Source of the DNA: an uncultured Acidobacteriota bacterium
Lineage (GTDB): Bacteria; Acidobacteriota; Vicinamibacteria; Vicinamibacterales; UBA2999
Assembly: GCA_963802675.1 (NCBI GenBank)
Contig: CAWDJL010000005.1
Coordinates: 361,193 to 425,192 of the forward strand
Length of the DNA stretch: 64,000 bases
Direction: 5' to 3'
Part shown: positions 28,090 to 37,300 of the stretch, piece by piece
Position numbering within the stretch: the stretch's first letter is position 1
Layout: every line of letters begins with the position of its first letter
Position numbers and translations under genes: made by a program
Notes under the pieces: model-generated
What the model was told of the DNA's origin: nothing
Database searches by the model: none
The model's input: only the letters and a program-made list of their open reading frames with translations

Positions 28090-31000
28090 GTACGCGGCAG
28101 CGTGCCTGTCCGGCGTCATGGCGCTGAACGATGCGGTCGCACTGGTGCAGCTGCGTGGGCGCTTGTTCGATGAGCTTCCCGCCGGGGCGATGTTGAGTAT
28201 CGGCGCCGCCGCGGATCGCGTCACACCGTACCTCGAAGTTGGGCTTGACGTCGCGGTCATCAACGGACCGGCATCGTGTGTCGTCTCGGGACGAACGGAC
28301 CAAATCGGGGCGCTGGCCGAACGGCTCGAGCGCGACGGCCTCGAGACCGTGCGGCTTCATATTGCGGTCGCGGCGCACTCGTCGCTCGTTGAGCCGATTT
28401 TGCCGGCGTTTCGATCATTCGTCAGCGGATTGCGCTTGCATGCGCCGCGGATCCCCATCGTGTCGAACGTCACGGGAACCTGGTTGGGCGATTCGCAGGC
28501 CGTGAATCCCGACTACTGGGTCGATCACCTTCGACGCACGGTCCGGTTCTCGGAAGGCCTGCAGTCTCTCTTCACGAAGCCGAACGCTGCCTTCGTCGAG
28601 GTCGGCCCTGGTCGTGTGCTGTCCACGATCACCCGGGCACATCCCGACCGACCGTCGTCGGTGATCGCAATCGAGTCGATGAGGCACCCGCAGGATTCGC
28701 GCGACGACTATGAGGCGCTACTGGCCGCTCAGGCCCGATTGTGGGTCAACGGCGTGGCTGTGGACTGGGAACGAGAGTATCGCGACGAAACGCGACGCCG
28801 GGTTGCACTGCCAACGTATCCTTTTGAGCGACAGTTCTTCGGTCCTGTCGGGCGGACGACCGCGCTTGAGCCGAGTCAGATCATGCCGACAGCGGTCGTT
28901 CGGGGCCCTGCGTCGTTGCCGCAACCGCCGGGACTCTCCTTGACCGCGCCGGATCGCCGGGAACGGATCGCAAACAAACTCTGCGACATTCTTCACGAGC
29001 TGTCGGGGCTCGATCGGGCGACGCTGCTGGGAAGAGCCACCTTCATCGAACTGGGGTTCGATTCGCTCTCGTTGACCCAGGTGTCGCAGCTCGTGCTGCG
29101 TGAGTTCCGCGTGCGCGTCAAGTTCCGTCACCTGCTCGACACGCTGCCGACGGTACCTGCCTTGGCCGCGCACCTCGACGGTGAGATGCCACCTGAGGCG
29201 CCAGCGCCGTCGGTTGCTTCCTCGGAGGTGGTGTCCTCTACACTAACTGCGATGACACGGCTGCCCGACGCGGCGGCGATGCTATCAAAGACACCCAACC
29301 CTCCAGCGTTCGTTCAGGAGGTAATACGGCAGCAGCTTGCGTTGATGACCCAGCAGATCGCCGTCTTGCAGGGAGCAGCAACGGCGGCGCCGCCGAGTTC
29401 GCCTCCAGACCGTCCGACCGTTGCACTTACCCGTGTTCAGGATCGGCCGCTTGACGCCGGTGGCCTCGGGGCGGTCGCATCGCTGGGCCGGCTCAAGCCG
29501 GAGCTGTTGACGTCTCAGCAGCGCCGTTACCTGGCGGAGCTGATCGAGCGCTACACGTCCAGAACGGCGAAGTCCAAGGAGCTGACCCAACGCTTCCGGC
29601 CCCGCCACGCGGACCCGAGAACCGCATCCGGCTTCACTGGGCTGTGGAAGGAACTGGTTTATCCAATCGTGGTTTCGCGCTCCGGCGGCTCCCGGCTCTG
29701 GGACGTCGACGGCAACGAATACATCGACCTTCTCTGTGGATTCGGTCCGACGTTCCTCGGACACGGTCACGAGGTCATCGTCGAGGCCATCAATCAACAA
29801 CTGGCGCGCGGCTTTGAGCTTGGGCCGCAAACCCCCTTGGCGGGAGAGGTAGCCGACCTGTTCTGTGACTTGACCGGCCAGGAGCGTGTGAGCTTTGTCA
29901 ATACGGGCTCTGAAGCGGTGCAGGCGGCCTTGCGCCTTGCGCGAACCGTTACCGGCCGGACGAAAGTAGCGACGTTCACGCGGGATTATCACGGCAACTT
30001 CGACGAGATGTTGGTACGTGGGCTGCGGCGCGGCAACGAGCCGCGAACGGTTCCCTCCGCTCCTGGGATCCCGCAGCGGGCGGTCGACGACGTCATCGTG
30101 CTCGATTACGGCACGGAGGAGTCGCTGGAGTTCCTGAAGCGCTCGGCCCACGAGCTGGCCGCGATCGTGGTCGAACCCATACAGAGTCGACGACCGGAAT
30201 TCCAGCCGCGAGAGTTCCTGCAGGCACTCCGTGCCCTGACGCTGACGTCCGAGACTTTGTTGGTCTTCGACGAGGTCGTGACCGGACTCCGGATCGGTCC
30301 CGGCGGCGCCCAGGCACATTTCGGGATCCAGGCGGACCTGGCCACTTACGGCAAGGTGCTAGGCGGCGGCATGCCGATTGGAGCAGTGGCCGGACGTGCC
30401 GAGTTCATGGACACGTTCGACGGCGGCCAATGGCAATACGGCGATGAGTCGATGCCGGTCAAGCCGGTCACGTTCTTCGCCGGAACATTTGCGCGGCATC
30501 CCCTGGCAATGGCCGCTGCAAAGGCCACACTCACGTACCTCAAGGCAGGTGGACAATCGCTGTGGGACGGCCTGAACACGCGCAGCGACGGGCTGGCCGA
30601 CGCACTTGATGCAATCTGTCGGCGTGAGGGCATCCCGGTCCGGGTTCCGCACTTCCGTTCGATGATGTACCCGTATATCGAAGAAGGCCACGGGCTCGCA
30701 TACCTGCTTTTCTATGAGCTTCGGACGCGCGGCCTTTACTTGCACGAACCCTATCCGTGCTACCTGAATCTCGCGCACTCGGACGACGACATCGCCAGGG
30801 TAATCGCGGAGTTCGAGGCTGCCGTTTCGTGTCTGCGAGCCAATGGCGTGTTCGAGCGAATGCAATCGCCCGCAATGTTAGGCGATCCGGCGAGTGCAGG
30901 ACGCGGGCGTCCGGCGGCTCCTGCCGAGTCCGAGAGCAGTGCGCCGCCTTCTCTCGTCGTCAACGCAGCAGCGACTGAGGCCGCGACCGCGCCAGCGGAC

Positions 31001-34000
31001 CGTCGATCGGGCGAGGTATTCGTCTGTGACGCGTCCCTGATGCAGGAAGGGCTCTGGTTCATCGACCAGACGGTTCCGCTGCGGGCCACGTACAACATTC
31101 CAGTGGCGTTCGAGCTGCGCGGGCGCGTTGATTGGGTCGCATTTCAAAGGGCTGTTGACGACCTGGTGGAACGCCACGGGACGCTTCGCACGTCGTTTAC
31201 CGCGCGCGATGGTGCCCCACTCCAAGTCATCTCACCGGCCACGAAGGTTACGGTCGAGTACCGAGAAATCAGCGACAGCCCTACCGCGAGTGCCGAGGTT
31301 CACGCGTTGGTCCAGGCCGAAGCCGAGCAACCTTTCGATCTCGCGGTCGCGCCGTTGCTTCGAGTCAAGGCCTTTTCGCTATCAGACGTGCAGCATCTGG
31401 TCAGCTTCGTTTTCCACCACATCATCGTCGACGGGTGGTCGATCGGCGCCTTTTTCAAAGAGTTTGCTGCTGCGTATGCCGCGCGCGCCGCGGGCCGTCG
31501 CCCGGAGCTGCCGCCCGTCGCAGTCGACTATGCCGACTTTTCGATCTGGCAGCGCCAGCATCTGACCAACGAAGTGCAAGAGGCCCAACTCGATTACTGG
31601 CGCGAAACGCTGACCGGCGCGCCCGATTCCCTGGAGCTGCCGACGGATCGACCACGGCCGAAGCTCTCGTCCGGCGGCGGATGGACGGAGTGGTTCACCA
31701 TCGACGCCAAGACGACCACGATTCTCCGTGAGCTTTGCCGTCGAGAACAGACGACGATGTTCATGGCCGTCGTAAGTGTCATCGACGTTCTGCTCGCGCG
31801 CCACACGGGCGTGTACGACATCGTGGTCGGGTCGCCGATGGCAGGCCAGGTGGCCCAAGACGTCGAGAACACCCTTGGGTTCTTTGTCAACACCCTCGCG
31901 TTACGGACCAGGTTTTCGCCCGACGTCACCTTTCGCGAGCTGCTCGGTCGCACGAGAGCAACGACGCTCGGCGCGTATGAGAACGCAGACGTCCCGTTTT
32001 CTCAGGTGGTCGGAGCCGTCCGGCCAGAACGCGTGGCTGCCACCAATCCGCTGTTTCAGGTCATGTGCACTTTCGAAGCCGCGCCGGACGAGCTGCTGAG
32101 CCTGCCGGGCCTGGGGGTGCGGCCATACAACGTCAGCAGCGGGACTTCGAAGTTCGATCTTCTGTTCGATTTCCAGGAGCACCGGGAGGTCATCGAGGCA
32201 ACGCTCGAGTACAGCAGCGACCTTTTCGACGTCGGGGCGGGTCAGCGATGGGTTCAGCGATTCTTGACCTTGGCCGGAGCCGCCGCCCGCCAGCCCAATG
32301 TGCCTGTTTCAGCCTTGACGCTGATGCCGCCGGCCGAGCGCGACCAGATTCGTCAGTGGAGTGTCGCGGCTGCTGGAGAGGACTCCGGTCCCCCCCGAAC
32401 CTGGGCCTCGCTGCCCGACGCGTTCGACCAGCAGGCCAAGCAGACGCCCGAGGCTTCGGCGCTGGTCATGGGTGAGCGCGCGATGACCTACGGCGAGCTC
32501 AGGGAGCGTTCGAATCGAGTGGCACGGTATCTCGATCGGGTGGGTGTCGCCCGCGGCCATGCGGTCGGTTTGTGCATGGATCGATCGTTCGATCTGGTTG
32601 TGGCGCTGCTCGGGATTCTCAAGGCAGGTGCCGCCTACGTGCCGCTGGATCCCAACTACCCCGCGCAGCGTCTGACGCTGATGGCCGGTGACGCTGCCTT
32701 GAACGTCATTCTCGCCGACGGCACGGTCAAGACGGACTGGGCGGATCGAGCCGTTCGTGTCGTCCGCCTCGATGCCGACTGGCCGCTGATCAGCGGCAAA
32801 GAAGCCGAACCCCCGCAGCGGGACCTCACCGGCGCCGATCTCGCGTACATCATCTACACCTCGGGATCGACGGGGCAACCGAAAGGTGTGGCAATGTCAC
32901 ATGCGCCACTGCTGAACCTGCTGCAGTGGCAACTCGCCCGTTCCGCCGCTGGGCGTGGTGCGCGGACGCTGCAGTTTGCGCCCATCAGCTTCGATGTCTC
33001 GTTTCAGGAAATCTTCGCAACCCTCTGCAGCGGCGGGTCACTGGTCCTGATCGACGATGATGGTCGTCGAGATTCCCAGAGACTGCTGTCCACGCTGCGG
33101 GACCAGCATGTCAATCGACTCTTCCTGCCTTTCGTCGCGCTGCAGGCCTTGTGCGAAGCGGCGCAGTCGTCCGGCGTTATGCCGTGTGATCTGACCGAGG
33201 TGATCACGGCCGGTGAACAACTTCAGATCACGACGAGCGTCACGGCCTTCTTCGCATCGCTCGCGCGATGCTCGCTGGACAATCAATACGGGCCGACCGA
33301 AAGCCACGTCGTTACGGCTCACCGCCTCGAGGGCGCGCCGAAATCATGGCCACTGCTGCCGCCGATTGGCCGCCCAATCGCTAACGCTCGTGCATATGTG
33401 CTTGACGATCGTATGACGCCCGTCCCGATTGGCGTGCCGGGCGAGATCTACCTCGGCGGAGCCGTGTTGGCACAGGGCTACTACGGCAAGCCCGAGCTGA
33501 CCGCCGAAAGATTCTGTTTCAGCCCGTTCGAGCCAGGAATCCGGTTGTACCGGACCGGCGATGCCGCTCGTTGGCGGCCCGACGGCGCCCTGGAGTTCCT
33601 CGGCCGGTTGGATAGTCAGATCAAGATCAGAGGCCACCGGGTCGAGTTGAGTGAGATCGAAGCGATTCTCTGCACGGTACCCGGGATTGAGAGCGCCGTC
33701 GTCAGCGTCATCGGTAACGATGCCGTCACGCGCCGGCTGGTCGGATATGTGGTCTCACCGGCCGGCTCAGTCGATCCGGAAACCATTCGTCAGCATCTCC
33801 GGCTGAAACTTCCCGAGTACATGGTCCCGGCGATTTTCGTCGGGCTCGATCGCCTGCCACGGACGCCGAACGGCAAGATCGACCGCCGGTCGCTGCCTGC
33901 ACCACTTCCCAGTGTCCGCGAGCTCCCGCCGGTTGAGCGCCCGGCGGATCCAATCGAGGAACGCATAGCAACGATCTTCCGCGACGTGCTGAATGACGGG

Positions 34001-34255
34001 GAGGTCGGTCGTCACGACAACTTCTTCGATCGTGGCGGCCATTCACTCCAAGTGATGAGGGTACTGTCGCGAGTCCGGGACCTCGAGGGCGCCGAGGTGA
34101 CGGTTCAGGAATTCTTCGCAGCCCCGACTGTCGCCGGTCTCGCCGAGGCGACGCGCCGGATGGGGCGTTCGGTCCTGTCGGCGCCGATAACGCGTATCCA
34201 AAGGAGCCGATCAGACGGGGACCGCTCTCGGAATTTACCCTCCGCACGTGAATAG
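28019..34255 (+). CDS. Hybrid PKS-NRPS, fragment 2: AT (continued) - ACP - class III aminotransferase - C - A (Pro-like) - T
   Basis: GVKPAALIGHSLGEY (AT Ser), VAAHS specificity region (~28367). ACP: LGFDSLSLTQ (~29063). AMT: DLLCGFGPTFLGH, FVNTGSEA, VFDEVVTG, ATYGKVLGGGMPIG (Lys ~30353). C: LMQEGLWFID, FHHIIVDGWS (~31415). A: AYIIYTSGSTGQPKGV, NQYGPTESH, YRTGDAARW, NGKIDRRSLP. T: DNFFDRGGHSLQV. Continues fragment 1 if one G is removed at 28047-28050. Confidence 0.9.
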   Translation: MPRPRYWLARGVKPAALIGHSLGEYAAACLSGVMALNDAVALVQLRGRLFDELPAGAMLSIGAAADRVTPYLEVGLDVAVINGPASCVVSGRTDQIGALAERLERDGLETVRLHIAVAAHSSLVEPILPAFRSFVSGLRLHAPRIPIVSNVTGTWLGDSQAVNPDYWVDHLRRTVRFSEGLQSLFTKPNAAFVEVGPGRVLSTITRAHPDRPSSVIAIESMRHPQDSRDDYEALLAAQARLWVNGVAVDWEREYRDETRRRVALPTYPFERQFFGPVGRTTALEPSQIMPTAVVRGPASLPQPPGLSLTAPDRRERIANKLCDILHELSGLDRATLLGRATFIELGFDSLSLTQVSQLVLREFRVRVKFRHLLDTLPTVPALAAHLDGEMPPEAPAPSVASSEVVSSTLTAMTRLPDAAAMLSKTPNPPAFVQEVIRQQLALMTQQIAVLQGAATAAPPSSPPDRPTVALTRVQDRPLDAGGLGAVASLGRLKPELLTSQQRRYLAELIERYTSRTAKSKELTQRFRPRHADPRTASGFTGLWKELVYPIVVSRSGGSRLWDVDGNEYIDLLCGFGPTFLGHGHEVIVEAINQQLARGFELGPQTPLAGEVADLFCDLTGQERVSFVNTGSEAVQAALRLARTVTGRTKVATFTRDYHGNFDEMLVRGLRRGNEPRTVPSAPGIPQRAVDDVIVLDYGTEESLEFLKRSAHELAAIVVEPIQSRRPEFQPREFLQALRALTLTSETLLVFDEVVTGLRIGPGGAQAHFGIQADLATYGKVLGGGMPIGAVAGRAEFMDTFDGGQWQYGDESMPVKPVTFFAGTFARHPLAMAAAKATLTYLKAGGQSLWDGLNTRSDGLADALDAICRREGIPVRVPHFRSMMYPYIEEGHGLAYLLFYELRTRGLYLHEPYPCYLNLAHSDDDIARVIAEFEAAVSCLRANGVFERMQSPAMLGDPASAGRGRPAAPAESESSAPPSLVVNAAATEAATAPADRRSGEVFVCDASLMQEGLWFIDQTVPLRATYNIPVAFELRGRVDWVAFQRAVDDLVERHGTLRTSFTARDGAPLQVISPATKVTVEYREISDSPTASAEVHALVQAEAEQPFDLAVAPLLRVKAFSLSDVQHLVSFVFHHIIVDGWSIGAFFKEFAAAYAARAAGRRPELPPVAVDYADFSIWQRQHLTNEVQEAQLDYWRETLTGAPDSLELPTDRPRPKLSSGGGWTEWFTIDAKTTTILRELCRREQTTMFMAVVSVIDVLLARHTGVYDIVVGSPMAGQVAQDVENTLGFFVNTLALRTRFSPDVTFRELLGRTRATTLGAYENADVPFSQVVGAVRPERVAATNPLFQVMCTFEAAPDELLSLPGLGVRPYNVSSGTSKFDLLFDFQEHREVIEATLEYSSDLFDVGAGQRWVQRFLTLAGAAARQPNVPVSALTLMPPAERDQIRQWSVAAAGEDSGPPRTWASLPDAFDQQAKQTPEASALVMGERAMTYGELRERSNRVARYLDRVGVARGHAVGLCMDRSFDLVVALLGILKAGAAYVPLDPNYPAQRLTLMAGDAALNVILADGTVKTDWADRAVRVVRLDADWPLISGKEAEPPQRDLTGADLAYIIYTSGSTGQPKGVAMSHAPLLNLLQWQLARSAAGRGARTLQFAPISFDVSFQEIFATLCSGGSLVLIDDDGRRDSQRLLSTLRDQHVNRLFLPFVALQALCEAAQSSGVMPCDLTEVITAGEQLQITTSVTAFFASLARCSLDNQYGPTESHVVTAHRLEGAPKSWPLLPPIGRPIANARAYVLDDRMTPVPIGVPGEIYLGGAVLAQGYYGKPELTAERFCFSPFEPGIRLYRTGDAARWRPDGALEFLGRLDSQIKIRGHRVELSEIEAILCTVPGIESAVVSVIGNDAVTRRLVGYVVSPAGSVDPETIRQHLRLKLPEYMVPAIFVGLDRLPRTPNGKIDRRSLPAPLPSVRELPPVERPADPIEERIATIFRDVLNDGEVGRHDNFFDRGGHSLQVMRVLSRVRDLEGAEVTVQEFFAAPTVAGLAEATRRMGRSVLSAPITRIQRSRSDGDRSRNLPSARE

Positions 34256-34382
34256 GATTGGCGGCCAGGATGCAAAAATCAGAAGTAGTGCGCATCGTGC
34301 GACACCCTTGCGCGCGCGACAGTAACGAGGTGGTTACTCGGTCGTAGCGCTCACGGCTGAGTCGGCGTATTCTGGTCTGGGG

Positions 34383-37300
34383 ATGGCGAGCAAGGAGATT
34401 GCGGCGGCGCTAGAGGGAGTCGTAGAAGCGCCATGCTCGCTTCCGCAACGCCGGCTGTGGTTGTCGCACACCCTCTACGGTCAGCGTTCGTCGTACAACA
34501 TCCCCTTTATATATCGACTCGAAGGTGCCCTCGACGTCGGCAGGCTCCAACGCAGCTTGGATCGCGTGCTGGAGCGCCACGAAGTACTGCGCACGTTCTT
34601 TCGCCTGGAGAATCGAGACGTCGTCCAGGTCATCCAGCCGAAACTCACGGTCCCGATCACAGAGAAGGACCTCAACCAGATGCCGGTGGGCGAAGCAGTC
34701 AAGTCAGCCCTCGCGGCGGCGGCCATCGATGCCGCCATTCCGTTCGATCTCACCACGACGCCGCTCTTGCGAGCCACGCTTTATCGCCTGGGTGACCGCG
34801 ACCACGTGCTCGCATTCTGCGTTCATCACATCATTTTCGACGGCTGGTCCGAAGGCATCTTGTGGCGAGAACTCGCGGCGTTCTACGACGCCGACAGCGA
34901 GGCCTGCGGACTGGAGGAACTGGCGATTCAGTACGCGGATTTCGCGATCTGGCAGCGTGAGCACAGGGCTGGTGACGCCGCCGAGTCAAGCCATGCCTAC
35001 TGGAAGCGACAGCTCGCAGATGCGCCTGCTGTGCTGAATCTGCCGCTTGACGCGCCCCGGCCGGTCGAACCGTCGCATCGCGGTCGTCTGGAGGTCATGG
35101 ACGTTCCAGGGCCGGTAGTGCATGCGCTGGTCGCACTGGGCCGGAGGTATGGAGCCACGCTGCACATGATGCTGCTGGCGGCCTATAGCGTGGTCCTCCA
35201 TCGCTACTCGGGCGATCCGGAGGTCGTGATCGGCACGGCCTTGGCAGGGCGGACGCGTTCCGAGATCGAATCGTTGATCGGCTTCTTCATCAATACGGTG
35301 GCGGTACGCGCAGACCTTCGGGGCGAGCCAACCTTTGTCGATCTGCTCGAGCGCATCAAGCGCGTGATGCTCGAATCTCACGCCAATCAGGACGTGCCGT
35401 TCGAGGCTGTCGTTGAAATGTTGCACCCGGATCGCACGACCGGTCAGATTCCGCTGTTCCAGACGATGTTCGTGCTGCAAAACCATGAGGGCGCGCCCGT
35501 GTCCCTCGGAGAAGCGACGCTCTCGCCGCTCGAAGTGCACAACGGCAGCTCGAAGTGCGATTTGCTGTTGAGCATTCGCGCGGTGCTCGACGGCAGCAGC
35601 GGCATGGCCTGCTCGCTCGAGTACGACACGGACCTCTTCCGGCCGGCGACCGCCGTCAGACTGCTCGAAAGCTTCCGGTCCGTCCTGGTCGGCGTGATCG
35701 AGCGACCCAACCAGCGGATCGCGACACTCCCAGTCGTGTCGCCGAGCGAACGGGAGCTGTTGACCAGTTGGGGAAGGACGCCCGCGGAGTCTCCGCGCGA
35801 CTCGACGATTCACCGCGAATTTGCGGCGGCGGCTGCGCGGACGCCCCATGCGATTGCGGTGAGCGGCGAATCCGAATCGCTCACTTACGCGCAGCTCGAG
35901 ACGCGCGCCCATCAGCTGGCAGTGGTTCTGCGGCGCGAAGGGGTGCAGCGGGGAGATCTGGTGGCCATGTGCCTCGAGCGCGGGCTAACCCCGATCGTCG
36001 CCCAACTGGCGGTGCTGAAAACCGGTGGCGCGTATGTGCCACTGGACACGTCGTATCCTACGTCGCGGATTTCCTGCATCATCGAGGATGCCCAACCCCG
36101 GGTCGTGCTCGCGGAGCGTCGGACTGCCGACGTCGTTCCACCGTGTGACGCGCGCGTCATCCTCATCGACCAGGCTCTCACGCCCGTGCTCGCTTCCCCT
36201 GAGCCCTGGCCCGATGAAGGAAACGGCGAGGACCTCGCTTATGTAATGTACACGTCCGGGTCGACGGGGCGGCCCAACGGCGTCCGCGTTCCACATCGTG
36301 GTGTCTTGCGGCTCGTGCTGGGTTCGACCTACGTGGACTGGCGCAAGGCCACCACGTTCCTACAGATGGCCCCGCTGTCATTCGACGCCTCGACGTTTGA
36401 AGTCTGGGGTCCGCTGCTCCACGGCGCGCGGCTCGTGGTGTTTCCGGAACAGGTGCCGACAATACCCCGACTCGAGCAGGTTCTTCGGGAGGGAAAGGTC
36501 GACTGCTTGTGGCTGACGGCGGCACTCTTCAACTTCGTGATCGATGAGCGCCCCGAGTGCCTGGCGAGTGTCAGGCAGCTAATTGTCGGCGGTGAGGCGC
36601 TTTCGGTTCCGCATGTCATCCGATCGCAAGCCCGCCTGCCGTTCACGAAGTTGATCAACGGATATGGCCCCACGGAGTGCACCACGTTTGCGTGCTGCTA
36701 TCCGATCCCGCCGATCCCCGCCTCGGCGACGTCGATCCCGATCGGTCGTCCGATCGCGAACACGAGCGTACTGGTCCTTGATACCCACCGGCAAGTTGTC
36801 CCGGTCGGCGTGGTCGGCGAGCTTTACATCGGCGGCGATGGAGTAGCACTCGGGTATCACGACCGATCGGAGTTGACCGCGGCGCGGTTCGTTCCCGATC
36901 CGTCGGGCGACACCGGCGAGCGATGGTATCGCACCGGCGATCTGGTTCGTTGGTTGCCGGAGGGCGTCCTCGACTTCGTAGGCCGAATCGACTCACAGGT
37001 CAAGATGCGCGGCTTTCGCGTTGAACCAGGCGAGATCGAGGCCGTTTGTCGCCGCCATCACGCCGTCCGTGACGTCGTCGTGCTGCTGCACAAGCGCACG
37101 CCAACCGATGCACGCTTGGTGGCCTATGTCGCCACCGTCGACCACACTGCGGCCAGCGCTGCCGACATTCGTCAGTTCCTCGAGCAGCACTTGCCTCGTC
37201 AACTCATGCCAAGTGAGATCGTGCTTTGCGACGAGTTGCCGCTCACGCCGAATGGCAAGGTCGATCGCACCGCACTCCTCGCTCGGTCAGTCGCACCCGC

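Noticed and set aside
29285-30319. 344-aa ORF antisense to the aminotransferase domain of the PKS-NRPS. Similar long ORFs occur at 34986..35912, 31382..31858, 20508..21179 and 23219..24226 inside the megasynthase genes.
   Set aside because: Their composition is dominated by Arg/Ala/Pro/Gly, with no recognisable motifs. They fully overlap strongly supported domains on the other strand or frame. This is the usual stop-codon-poor artefact of ~65 % GC DNA.
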